This document shows, piece by piece, positions 18,354-26,581 of a DNA stretch of 64,000 bases. The notes under the pieces were generated by a model that worked only from the letters and a program-made list of their open reading frames with translations, had not been told where the DNA came from and searched no databases. The stretch is taken from contig CAPXSA010000012.1 of assembly GCA_948735595.1 (NCBI GenBank), forward strand, positions 446 to 64,445, read 5' to 3'. How positions within the stretch are numbered: the stretch's first letter is position 1; each line of letters starts with the position of its first letter. Both the position numbers and the translations under genes were made by a program. The stretch is from an uncultured Clostridia bacterium (lineage in GTDB: Bacteria > Bacillota > Clostridia > TANB77 > CAG-508).

Positions 18354-19424
18354 ATGGATAAGAAAAAAGATTGGAATTTAGAATTATCAGAATATATTAA
18401 ACAGGGTGAGCCAAATCGAGTAGAAAAGACCAAAACATGGGAAACAGCAATAGGTTTGCAAGATGTAGATGGATTAAAACCTTCAAAATACTTAATAAAA
18501 ACTGCAAAAGAACACATTGAAGGAACAATAGATATCGAAGAAGTAAAAACAAGAATAGATGAATACTATGAAGTTCAAGGCAGTAGAAAAAACTTTGGAA
18601 AAGAAAACGAAGAAGCTGATAAAGTTGCAGTAAGAATAACAGAAATATTAAGTGAAAAAGCATTTAATTTTTCACCAACAGAACTATTAAATATTCATAA
18701 AAGATTATTCAAAAATATATTTGATGGAGCAGGAGTATATAGAGATTATAATTTTACTAAAAAAGAATGGGTATTAAATGGAGATACAGTAATATATGCA
18801 CCATTTGATACAATAAAAGAAACATTAGAATACGATTTTGAACAAGAGAAAACCTTTTCATATAAAGGATTAAGCTTAGATGAATCTATAAAACATCTAT
18901 GTAAATTCACATCAAATATATGGCAAGTACATCCATTTTGCGAAGGAAATACAAGAACAACAGCAGTATTTATAATTAAGTATTTAAGAACTTTTGGATT
19001 TAATATTAATGATGAAGTATTTGCTGAAAACTCATGGTATTTTAGAAATTCATTAGTAAGAGCAAATTACAAAAATTTTGAAAAAAATGTATTTGAAGAT
19101 ACATCATTTTTGGAAAAGTTCTTTTATAACTTGCTAACAAATGCTAACAATGAATTAAAAAATAGATATACACATATAGATAATATTCAAAGTGCAAATG
19201 AAAATAATTTAAAGGGTAATAATTACACTTTAGAAGAACAGGCAATTATAAACATATTAGAAAATAATCCAGCAACTACTCAAGAAGAAATAGCAAAGCA
19301 AATTAATAAATCTTTGAGAACCATTAAAACATATATGGCAGAAATGCAAGATAAAGGACTGATAGAAAGAAAAAATGGAAAAAAGAATGGTGAATGGATA
19401 GTGAAAGGTATAACATTTAAGTAA
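18354..19424 (+). CDS. Fic/DOC-family protein with C-terminal winged-HTH
   Basis: Fic motif variant HPFCEGNTRTTA (canonical HxFx[DE]GNGRxxR). C-terminus ...QEEIAKQINKSLRTIKTYMAEMQDKGLIERK. Confidence 0.8.
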   Translation: MDKKKDWNLELSEYIKQGEPNRVEKTKTWETAIGLQDVDGLKPSKYLIKTAKEHIEGTIDIEEVKTRIDEYYEVQGSRKNFGKENEEADKVAVRITEILSEKAFNFSPTELLNIHKRLFKNIFDGAGVYRDYNFTKKEWVLNGDTVIYAPFDTIKETLEYDFEQEKTFSYKGLSLDESIKHLCKFTSNIWQVHPFCEGNTRTTAVFIIKYLRTFGFNINDEVFAENSWYFRNSLVRANYKNFEKNVFEDTSFLEKFFYNLLTNANNELKNRYTHIDNIQSANENNLKGNNYTLEEQAIINILENNPATTQEEIAKQINKSLRTIKTYMAEMQDKGLIERKNGKKNGEWIVKGITFK

Positions 19425-19469
19425 ATATAATAAATACTAAAAATAGATTCAGTAGAAGGAGAAAATCAA

Positions 19470-20894
19470 ATGGAAAAGAAAGTCGAACATCCAAGAGTAT
19501 TTATATCTTACTCATGGTCAAGTAAAGAATATGAAGAAAAAGTCATGGATTTAGCAGTGAAATTACAAGGAGATGGAATTGAAGTTATTATTGACAAATG
19601 GATTATGCAACCTGGTAATGATACAATAAATTTTATGGAGAAGTGTGTTAAAGATCCTGAAGTTAATTTTGTTTTGATGTTATTAGATAAAAAATATACT
19701 GAAAAAGCAGATAGCAGAAGTGGAGGAGTAGGAATAGAAACTCAAATTATTTCAAATGAAGTATATAATAATGTTGAACAAAGTAAATTTATACCTATTG
19801 TTTTTGATAGAGATGATGAAGGAAAAATATATGTACCAATTTATCTAAAGAGTAAATTTCACTATGATTTAACACAAGATAATTCTGATGAAGAATATGT
19901 AAAGTTAGTAAAACAAATATATGGAAGACAAATATATTATAAACCAGAGCTAGGAAATAAACCTAGTTGGGTTGATGAAAGTTTAAATAGTCCGAGTGCT
20001 TTAAAATTAAAAATATTACAAAATAAGAATAATAAGAGTAGCTTCAATTCTTTGGAAGAAGAGATAAAAAAATCATCTTTAGGTGAAGATGAAACTGAGA
20101 TTATAGAAAAAGCAGAAAAAAATAGAGTAATTATAGAAAAATACAATAATTCGATAGAATATAGGAATGCATTAATAGAGATATTTTTTAATAAATATAC
20201 AGAATATAATTTTATTGATGAAACTTGTGATTTTTATGAGAATATTAAAAACTGGAATAAGCAAAATAGTGGTATAAAACAAGAAATATGGGATGCTTTT
20301 ATCCATGAAACCTTTATATATTTAATAGCAGTTTTATTAAAAATGAAACAATATAGAACAATAAATATATTTATTACTAAAAGCTATTTTCAACAAGGAT
20401 ATGAGGATAACATTACAAGTTCTAATAAGTATTTTTATAGTCATAATTATGATATTATCCAAGAATCAAAATGTGAGTTAGATGATAAAAAATATTATAG
20501 TGGAATGGCACAAATATGGATAGAAAATATTTATGAACCTAAAATAACGAAACAAGAGTTTACCCAGGCAGATGTATTAATTTACAATTTAAATATATTA
20601 TTATTAAATAAAGAAGATTGGTATTGGTTTCCAATTACTTATGTATATAATGGAAATTTTGGATTTAATAGTTCTTTAAAAGATTTTAGCATAAGACTAA
20701 AATCTAAATATGAAGTGAATAAGATGAAAGAATTATTTGGAGTTAACACAATAGAAGAATTAAAAAAATTATTTGATGCAATGAAACCATTTATAGAAAA
20801 TAGACAAGAAAGGTATAGATATATAACAGCTTTTGAATATGCAGATTTAATTACAGATTATGTAAAAGTAAATGAAATTGGTATGTTAAATTAA
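19470..20894 (+). CDS. TIR/SEFIR-like domain protein with an unrecognised C-terminal domain of about 300 aa
   Basis: N-terminus PRVFISYSWSSKEYEEKVMDLAVKLQGDGIEVIIDKW is a typical bacterial TIR-like start. The rest has no recognisable motif. Confidence 0.65.
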   Translation: MEKKVEHPRVFISYSWSSKEYEEKVMDLAVKLQGDGIEVIIDKWIMQPGNDTINFMEKCVKDPEVNFVLMLLDKKYTEKADSRSGGVGIETQIISNEVYNNVEQSKFIPIVFDRDDEGKIYVPIYLKSKFHYDLTQDNSDEEYVKLVKQIYGRQIYYKPELGNKPSWVDESLNSPSALKLKILQNKNNKSSFNSLEEEIKKSSLGEDETEIIEKAEKNRVIIEKYNNSIEYRNALIEIFFNKYTEYNFIDETCDFYENIKNWNKQNSGIKQEIWDAFIHETFIYLIAVLLKMKQYRTINIFITKSYFQQGYEDNITSSNKYFYSHNYDIIQESKCELDDKKYYSGMAQIWIENIYEPKITKQEFTQADVLIYNLNILLLNKEDWYWFPITYVYNGNFGFNSSLKDFSIRLKSKYEVNKMKELFGVNTIEELKKLFDAMKPFIENRQERYRYITAFEYADLITDYVKVNEIGMLN

Positions 20895-20905
20895 AAAAAT
20901 ATATA

Positions 20906-20934
20906 AATAAAGTCCGAATTATTCGGACTTTATT
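20906..20934. terminator. Bidirectional terminator between convergent genes
   Basis: AATAAAGTCCG-AATTATT-CGGACTTTATT, 11-bp perfect stem. Confidence 0.75.
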
Positions 20935-20939
20935 TATTG

Positions 20940-21236
20940 CTATTCCTCAAAACATCCCATAACTAACTGAGAGCCATCCACGAAACCATTCCTATAGTAT
21001 TTTTCAGTAATATAAGTCAGATACCTCATAAAATCATCATAAAGAAGATCAAGTTGTTTTTCTACATAAGTTCTATTCTGTTTAGGAATATTCTTCAAAA
21101 TAATCTCTCTAAAAAAATCAAATTTAATTTCATTTTCTCTATCTTGTTCATCTGCATAACACAAATAAGTTTCTTCTCTAAAATCAAACCATTCTTTCAA
21201 AATATCATTTTCGTTAGCATCTCTAAAATTAACCAT
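20940..21236 (-). CDS. Hypothetical protein (98 aa), paralog of 25601-25894
   Basis: Shares NFR..N.DILK.W..FRE...LD.LYD.F..YL....EKYYRNGF.DG with the 25601 ORF. Confidence 0.6.
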   Translation of the reverse strand: MVNFRDANENDILKEWFDFREETYLCYADEQDRENEIKFDFFREIILKNIPKQNRTYVEKQLDLLYDDFMRYLTYITEKYYRNGFVDGSQLVMGCFEE

Positions 21237-21248
21237 ATCTAATTCCTC

Positions 21249-21602
21249 CTACACATATAAAATCTCATTAAAAACAATTTCTTCAGCTCTATTTTTAATA
21301 TTATTCATAGCCTGAACCCATTCCATTTGATGATACTCTTTTAAATTCTCATCAATATGTTCAACTTCAGCAAGTTGCTTTATAAGTTCATTCACTTTGT
21401 CAGAAACATTTTCATCTATCTCAACTAAATGTTGCTTTAAAGTACCACTTATAAGTAGTTCAGTATATAAACCTTTTTTATGTTCTTTAATAAAATTTAA
21501 TCTTAAGCGACCATATTTTCCAATAGATTTTTCAGGTTGCTCAGGTAAATATAGGTCAGGAATTAAATAATCTCCTTCTCTGTGATAAGTAATTTCATTC
21601 AT
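21249..21602 (-). CDS. tnpV: TnpV-like protein
   Basis: IGKYGRLRLNFIKEHKKGLYTELLISGTLKQHLVEID...HQMEWVQAMNNIKNRAEEIV matches the TnpV family as remembered from Tn4451-type elements. ATG at 21602 has a GGAGG RBS. Confidence 0.7.
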   Translation of the reverse strand: MNEITYHREGDYLIPDLYLPEQPEKSIGKYGRLRLNFIKEHKKGLYTELLISGTLKQHLVEIDENVSDKVNELIKQLAEVEHIDENLKEYHQMEWVQAMNNIKNRAEEIVFNEILYV

Positions 21603-21633
21603 TTTCAAAACCTCCAAATTATAAAAATTAAAA

Positions 21634-21710
21634 TGTCCCCAATTTGCAAATGCTATTTTGAACCTCTTGTGAGACAAGGCTTTTAAAACCTTGGGGACAC
21701 GATGGGGACA
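21634..21710. promoter_or_regulatory. Right-end copies of the TGGGGACA motif (21634-21642 inverted; 21692-21699 and 21703-21710 direct, 11-bp phasing)
   Basis: Same 8-mer pair and spacing as at 131-149. Confidence 0.55.
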
Positions 21711-21830
21711 AAGGTACCCAAAATTGACCTAAAAACGCACAAAAGTTCTATAAATTAAAATAGCTACAAACGTTGATAGTTAGATAAAAACTTAACTTTT
21801 CATCAAATTACAAAAAATGCTGCTTAAATT

Positions 21831-21844
21831 CTCATAACCCGAAG
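21831..21844 (+). repeat. Truncated att remnant: CTCATAACCCGAAG (anticodon-loop segment of initiator tRNA-Met)
   Basis: Identical to 26059-26072. Upstream context AATTCTCATAA versus AATTACTCATAA. Confidence 0.55.
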
Positions 21845-22020
21845 AGACAATAAAATTCAAAAGAAAACACAAAAATAACATACCGAACAATAAAAAAACA
21901 CAAATTTTTAAATAATAAATTCATGATTTAAGAGAAAAATAGTAAATAATTTGGTCAATGATAAAATATTGATGTATATAAGCAATAAAACTTCATATAA
22001 TATTATTGACAAAACAAAAA

Positions 22021-22034
22021 TGACATATATGTCA
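22021..22034. promoter_or_regulatory. Perfect 14-bp palindrome TGACATATATGTCA upstream of the ATPase gene promoter
   Basis: Read directly. Followed by TTGAAA...TATAAT and the ORF at 22147. Confidence 0.45.
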
Positions 22035-22146
22035 AAAAAGTTCAATTAAATTATTGAAATATTAAATTTATTGTAGTATAATACTATTGAACATTAATGA
22101 CATAAATGGCTAAAATATTCAATAAATGGGGAAGAGGTAAAATTCT

Positions 22147-23388
22147 ATGAAGATAATAGAAAGAAATGAATATTTAAATAAACTAATTTCAAGAAGAGAA
22201 AATGGAATGATTAAGATTTTAACGGGTATAAGAAGATGCGGAAAATCATTTATATTAGACCCAATATTTAAGGATTACCTAATTAGTGATGGAGTAAAAG
22301 AAAATCATATTATAAAATTAGACCTAGATGATATAAAAAATATGAAATATTTAGAACCAGAGGAATTAGATAAATATGTTGATGAGCATACTGTAGATAA
22401 TGAAATGCACTATGTTTTAATAGATGAAATACAAAAGGTAACTAATTTTGAAGCAGTATTAAATGGATTTTTGCATAGAAGAAATTTAGATGTCTATGTA
22501 ACTGGAAGCAATTCTAAATTTTTATCATCAGAGATAATAACTGAATTTAGGGGAAGAGGAGATGAAATTAGAATATTTCCTTTATCATTTTCAGAATTTT
22601 ATAATGCCTACGAAGGTGAAAAGCAAAATGCTTGGAAAGAATATATAACATATGGCGGAATGCCACAAATTTTAGATAATATTTCAGAAGAACAAAAAAC
22701 TAACTATTTAAATACACTATTTAATTTAACATATATAAGGGATATAGTGGAGAGAAATAAAATAGAAAAAGATGATATACTAGAGACTCTATTAAATATG
22801 TTATCATCATCAGTTGGTTCATTAACAAATCCACAAAAACTTTATAATACCTTTATAAGCAATGGAATTACAGGAATATCAAAAAATACAATTATTTCAT
22901 ATTTAGATTACCTTTTAGATTCTTTTTTAATAGAAAAAGTAGAAAGATATGATGTTAAAGGAAAAAAATACATTACAACACCACAAAAATATTATTTTGC
23001 AGATATAGGATTAAGGAATGCAAGACTTAATTTTAGACAACAAGAAGAAAATCATTTAATGGAAAATGTTATTTATAATGAGTTAATTGTAAGAGGGTAT
23101 AATGTTGATATAGGAGTTGTAGAAATAAGAGAAGGTGGAGAAAGAAAACAATTAGAAGTAGATTTTGTATGTAATCAAGGCAGTAAGCGATATTATATAC
23201 AATCTGCTTTAAATATAGATACACGAGATAAAAATGAACAAGAATCCAAATCGTTAAATAATATAGGGGATAGTTTCAAAAAAATTATTGTTGTTAAAGA
23301 TGATATAAAATTATGGAGAAATGAGAAAGGAATTTTAATAATTGGTATTCAAGAGTTTTTATTAAATAAGAATAGTTTAGATTTATAA
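22147..23388 (+). CDS. AAA-family ATPase with DUF4143-type C-terminal (restriction-endonuclease-like) domain
   Basis: N-terminus RNEYLNKLIS...ILTGIRRCGKSF (P-loop), LIDEIQ (Walker B), and the general AAA_14/DUF4143 architecture. Confidence 0.7.
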   Translation: MKIIERNEYLNKLISRRENGMIKILTGIRRCGKSFILDPIFKDYLISDGVKENHIIKLDLDDIKNMKYLEPEELDKYVDEHTVDNEMHYVLIDEIQKVTNFEAVLNGFLHRRNLDVYVTGSNSKFLSSEIITEFRGRGDEIRIFPLSFSEFYNAYEGEKQNAWKEYITYGGMPQILDNISEEQKTNYLNTLFNLTYIRDIVERNKIEKDDILETLLNMLSSSVGSLTNPQKLYNTFISNGITGISKNTIISYLDYLLDSFLIEKVERYDVKGKKYITTPQKYYFADIGLRNARLNFRQQEENHLMENVIYNELIVRGYNVDIGVVEIREGGERKQLEVDFVCNQGSKRYYIQSALNIDTRDKNEQESKSLNNIGDSFKKIIVVKDDIKLWRNEKGILIIGIQEFLLNKNSLDL

Positions 23389-23489
23389 AAAAGTAAAATA
23401 ATTGCAATAGTTCTAAGTATTCAAAAAGAACTGCTTTATTTGATGAAATATATAATGCTATTATAAAAAGATAAAGTAAGAGGTAAAGT

Positions 23490-24467
23490 ATGAAACAAAA
23501 TAGCAATAATAAATTAAAGGTAATATTAGGAATAACACTTATTTTAATTATCATAATATGTGCTATATATGTTCAATTTTCGAATAGTAAGCATAATGAA
23601 AATAATGACATATATAGCAACATAAATATAGATAAATCAAAATTAAATATATTTTTCTTTAATGTAGGTCAAGCAGATAGTTCACTAATTCTATATGAGG
23701 ATAAAGCAATATTAATTGATACAGGCAATGATTCTGATGGAGAAAAAATAGTAGAGTTTTTAAAAGCAAAGGAAATAAATAAAATTGATTGTGTAATTGG
23801 AACACATATACATGAAGATCATATAGGTGGAATGGCAGATATAGTAGATAATATATCAGTAGAAAAAATTTATATGCCTTATAATGTAACTGAAGATGCA
23901 AACTTTTATAAGAAAGTAACAAATAGTATTAATAGTAAAAAATTATCTGTAGAGACAGTCAGTGAAAATGATAAAATTATTTTAAGTAGTAATTTTATAC
24001 TTGAAGTTTTATATGTAGATAATAAAGAACCATTAAATCAAAATAATGCATCAATTGTATTGCAATTAGAATATGGAACACAAAAATATCTGTTTATGGG
24101 AGATGCAGAGAAAGAAGTAGAGACTAAATTACTACAAGAAGATTCATTAGAAGATATTGATGTATTGAAAGTTGGGCATCACGGATCAGAAACAAGTTCA
24201 ACAAAAGGATTTATTGACAAAGTATTACCAGAGATTTCAATAATTTCAGTTCAAAATGGCAGATATAATAATATGCCAAGCAAGGATATTATAGATAGAC
24301 TGAAGATTAATGGAAATCAAGTATATATAACAGATACAGATGGAACAATATGGATAACAAGTGATGGTATAACAAATGATGTAATAATATTAAAAGACTT
24401 AAACTTAAATGGAGCAAGTAAGTTGGGATTAAGAGTATATTTTAGATATGCTCTTTTTTCAGTTTAA
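23490..24467 (+). CDS. Membrane-anchored MBL-fold hydrolase (ComEC C-terminal-domain-like)
   Basis: N-terminal TM LGITLILIIIICAIYV. HxHxDH motif GTHIHEDHIGG. ...KVGHHGS. Confidence 0.8.
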   Translation: MKQNSNNKLKVILGITLILIIIICAIYVQFSNSKHNENNDIYSNINIDKSKLNIFFFNVGQADSSLILYEDKAILIDTGNDSDGEKIVEFLKAKEINKIDCVIGTHIHEDHIGGMADIVDNISVEKIYMPYNVTEDANFYKKVTNSINSKKLSVETVSENDKIILSSNFILEVLYVDNKEPLNQNNASIVLQLEYGTQKYLFMGDAEKEVETKLLQEDSLEDIDVLKVGHHGSETSSTKGFIDKVLPEISIISVQNGRYNNMPSKDIIDRLKINGNQVYITDTDGTIWITSDGITNDVIILKDLNLNGASKLGLRVYFRYALFSV

Positions 24468-24916
24468 TTGGTAATAATATTTCCATTTTTATCAACAACC
24501 TTATAAACACCGTCCTTAAGTTGCAAACAATTCTTATAATAAGTTTCTTGGTGTTTATAATCAATATCTTTAAATAGAGATTCATCGTTTGAAAAATCAC
24601 AAATGTCTTTTGGAATAAAAAAAGTATCATTAGCAATGCAACCATTATTTTTTGGTAAATCAAATTTATCTTTATCTACAACGCCTATTATATAATCATC
24701 AGTATCCTCAGTAATATGAAAAATAGTGTCTTTAGAAAGGTTCTTTAATCGTAAAAGATTACATTCTTTATAGAAAAAATCATTTAATTCGTGTAAAAAG
24801 TTATCAACAAAACTATTTTCGAATTCAGGTTTATTTTTATGAAGAGATTTATCAAGACTATTAGTAATATGATTAAAACAATGACAAGTGTTAAATAAAA
24901 TATCATCTAAATCCAT
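24464..24916 (-). CDS. Hypothetical protein, paralog of 25026-25379
   Basis: Shared pattern SF(I/V)D(K/N)F(I/L).EL...F(F/Y)...KDT(V/I)F(Y/H). Confidence 0.5.
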   Translation of the reverse strand: MDLDDILFNTCHCFNHITNSLDKSLHKNKPEFENSFVDNFLHELNDFFYKECNLLRLKNLSKDTIFHITEDTDDYIIGVVDKDKFDLPKNNGCIANDTFFIPKDICDFSNDESLFKDIDYKHQETYYKNCLQLKDGVYKVVDKNGNIITN

Positions 24917-25025
24917 AAAATAATATCACCTCCTTAATTGTGAAAATTTGTACAGAAATGTAAAATGAAAAAGTAATTAGTATCATAATACAATTGAGCA
25001 TATATAATATATGTTCATTTTAATG

Positions 25026-25379
25026 CTATAGAGTATATCTCTTTGGCTTCTTAACATTTACATATTGCTTACCATCAAATTGAATATAAGTACCGCCACA
25101 TTTTATAGAATCATCTAAGAGAGATTGTGGAATTTCATACTTTTCTGAAAATTTTTGATTTGTATCAAGGCAAGAAGCATAACCTTCCTCAATATAATCA
25201 ACATAAAAAACAGTATCTTTAGGCAATTCATCAAAACTTAAATTTTTAGAATTAGGCTGCTTCATAAAAAAATAATACTTTAATTCATCTATAAATTTAT
25301 CAATAAATGAATTACCATAAGATTTTACATTTCTTTCAAGAACTAAATCCACAGAATTCAAAATATCATAAAGGCTCAT
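25026..25379 (-). CDS. Hypothetical protein, paralog of 24464-24916
   Basis: See the paralog entry. No family recognised. Confidence 0.5.
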   Translation of the reverse strand: MSLYDILNSVDLVLERNVKSYGNSFIDKFIDELKYYFFMKQPNSKNLSFDELPKDTVFYVDYIEEGYASCLDTNQKFSEKYEIPQSLLDDSIKCGGTYIQFDGKQYVNVKKPKRYTL

Positions 25380-25600
25380 TTACAATCACCTCATTTAAAG
25401 TAGTTTAGAGTATAAAAAATGCTTGATAAGGAAAGTAAAGTATATATACTATAGCAAAAATACGATAAAAAATCAATAAAAAGATACTGTATTAATACAG
25501 AAAATAGTACTAATACAGTATTTTTTATTGCGCAAATAATAGGAGTCTCGAGCATCCACCAACACAGACTCTGTCTGTGCTGGTAGGTGAGGCTCTTATT

Positions 25601-25894
25601 TTATGAGTTTAAAGTATTATTAATTATTACCACTCCATCACAAAATCCATTTCTATAATATTTCTCATTCCAATACTCAAGATAATCAATAAAATTATCA
25701 TAAAGCTGGTCCAACTGTTCTTGGGCATACTTCTTATTTTCTTCAGAAACATTTGCTAAAATATTATCAGAAAGTTCATCAAAATAAAGGTAGCTCTCTT
25801 TATCTTTCGCAGAATTAGTAGTAAAAATTTTATCTTCTCTAAATTCTAACCAATCCTTTAAAATATCATCATTTACTTCCCTAAAATTATTCAT
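25601..25894 (-). CDS. Hypothetical protein (97 aa), paralog of 20940-21236
   Basis: ATG at 25894 with a GGAGG RBS. MNNFREVNDDILKDWLEFRE...EKYYRNGFCDG. Confidence 0.6.
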   Translation of the reverse strand: MNNFREVNDDILKDWLEFREDKIFTTNSAKDKESYLYFDELSDNILANVSEENKKYAQEQLDQLYDNFIDYLEYWNEKYYRNGFCDGVVIINNTLNS

Positions 25895-26058
25895 AATCAA
25901 AACCTCCATAAATTTATTTTGTTGGGCTCAATTTGGGCACACTCTTTACCTAAATGAACCAAAAATCACATAAATTTACAAAATGCAAAAATTGGGCACA
26001 CCAAATATACCAATAAAAACCGACAAAAGCCTTGTAAACCAATACTTACAGAGAATTA

Positions 26059-26103
26059 CTCATAACCCGAAGGTCGTAAGTTCGAGTCTTACCCCCGCAA
26101 CCA
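26059..26103 (+). other. 3' half of an initiator tRNA-Met (anticodon loop CTCATAA through ...CCCCGCAACCA); not a complete tRNA gene
   Basis: CTCATAACCCGAAGGTCGTAAGTTCGAGTCTTACCCCCGCAACCA has a T-arm GTAAG/TTCGAGT/CTTAC, acceptor 3' strand, discriminator A and CCA. The upstream 40 nt do not form D or anticodon stems. Confidence 0.75.
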
Positions 26104-26140
26104 CAAATTTTATTAGAGTCGCAAGAGATTGTGGCTCTTT
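26093..26140 (+). repeat. Right att-type direct repeat
   Basis: 40/40 identity with 50-89, then 2 mismatches over 8 nt. Confidence 0.85.
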
Positions 26141-26581
26141 TTGTAGCTTTGAGATCATCATTATCTTCTACTATACCACTTTCCATAACAAAGAGTATGA
26201 AGCCAATAAAGGTAGCACGGTCCATTTTATCAACTACTTTTTATTTTACTTGTAAATCGTAATAATGTTTCGTTTTTTATAAGTGTGCATATTCAACTCC
26301 ACGAGTGTTACAAAATTTTGATTTGTAACGAAAAAGAACATACATAAAATTATTGCAATATTCAGAGAAAAGTGTAAACAAGTAAAGGATTAGATGCAAG
26401 AGCATCAGTAGAGTTCGTAGATGTAATAAGAAAGTATTAATAGGATGCATACAGACGGATTGTTGATTTGAATTTACAAATCATAAGAAGTTAAAGTGCA
26501 GAAAAATTTGTGGATTTATAGAAAAAAGAAAAATTTTATGATATAAAATATAATAGAAAATATAAATCAAATGGAGGGAAA

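Larger units (their letters stand above)
50..21844. mobile_element. Integrative mobilizable element (int, xis, replication module, relaxase, defence cargo), no conjugation or virion genes
   Basis: Bounded by the att repeat at 50-97 and a truncated tRNA-derived att remnant at 21831-21844. Tyrosine integrase lies next to the left end. 11-bp-phased TGGGGACA pairs occur at both ends. Confidence 0.7.
21845..26140. mobile_element. Remnant of a second, related integrated element (no recombinase left)
   Basis: Ends in a tRNA-fMet 3' half plus att repeat. Carries a paralog of the terminal gene of the first element. Has 11-bp-phased TGGGCTCA/TGGGCACA repeats (25923, 25934, 25993). Confidence 0.5.

Noticed and set aside
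19470-20894. Thoeris system (TIR ThsB plus ThsA)
   Set aside because: No SIR2/SLOG or Macro-domain ThsA-like gene occurs within the island, so the TIR gene cannot be called Thoeris on this evidence.
26059-26103. Intact initiator tRNA-Met gene
   Set aside because: Only the segment from the anticodon loop to CCA is present. The expected 5' half (CGCGGGG...GCTCGTCGGG) is absent. It is therefore a displaced or element-borne 3' fragment.
25983-26255. 90-aa plus-strand ORF in the track
   Set aside because: It reads straight through the tRNA fragment, the att repeat and the terminator hairpin. It has no RBS, and its composition is typical of non-coding sequence.
26307-26329. Inverted repeat GTTACAAA-N7-TTTGTAAC as a controller (C-protein) box for the m5C R-M system
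   Set aside because: No C-protein/HTH gene is present in the system. The repeat lies 250 nt upstream of the methylase start, and 8-bp AT-rich inverted repeats are expected by chance.
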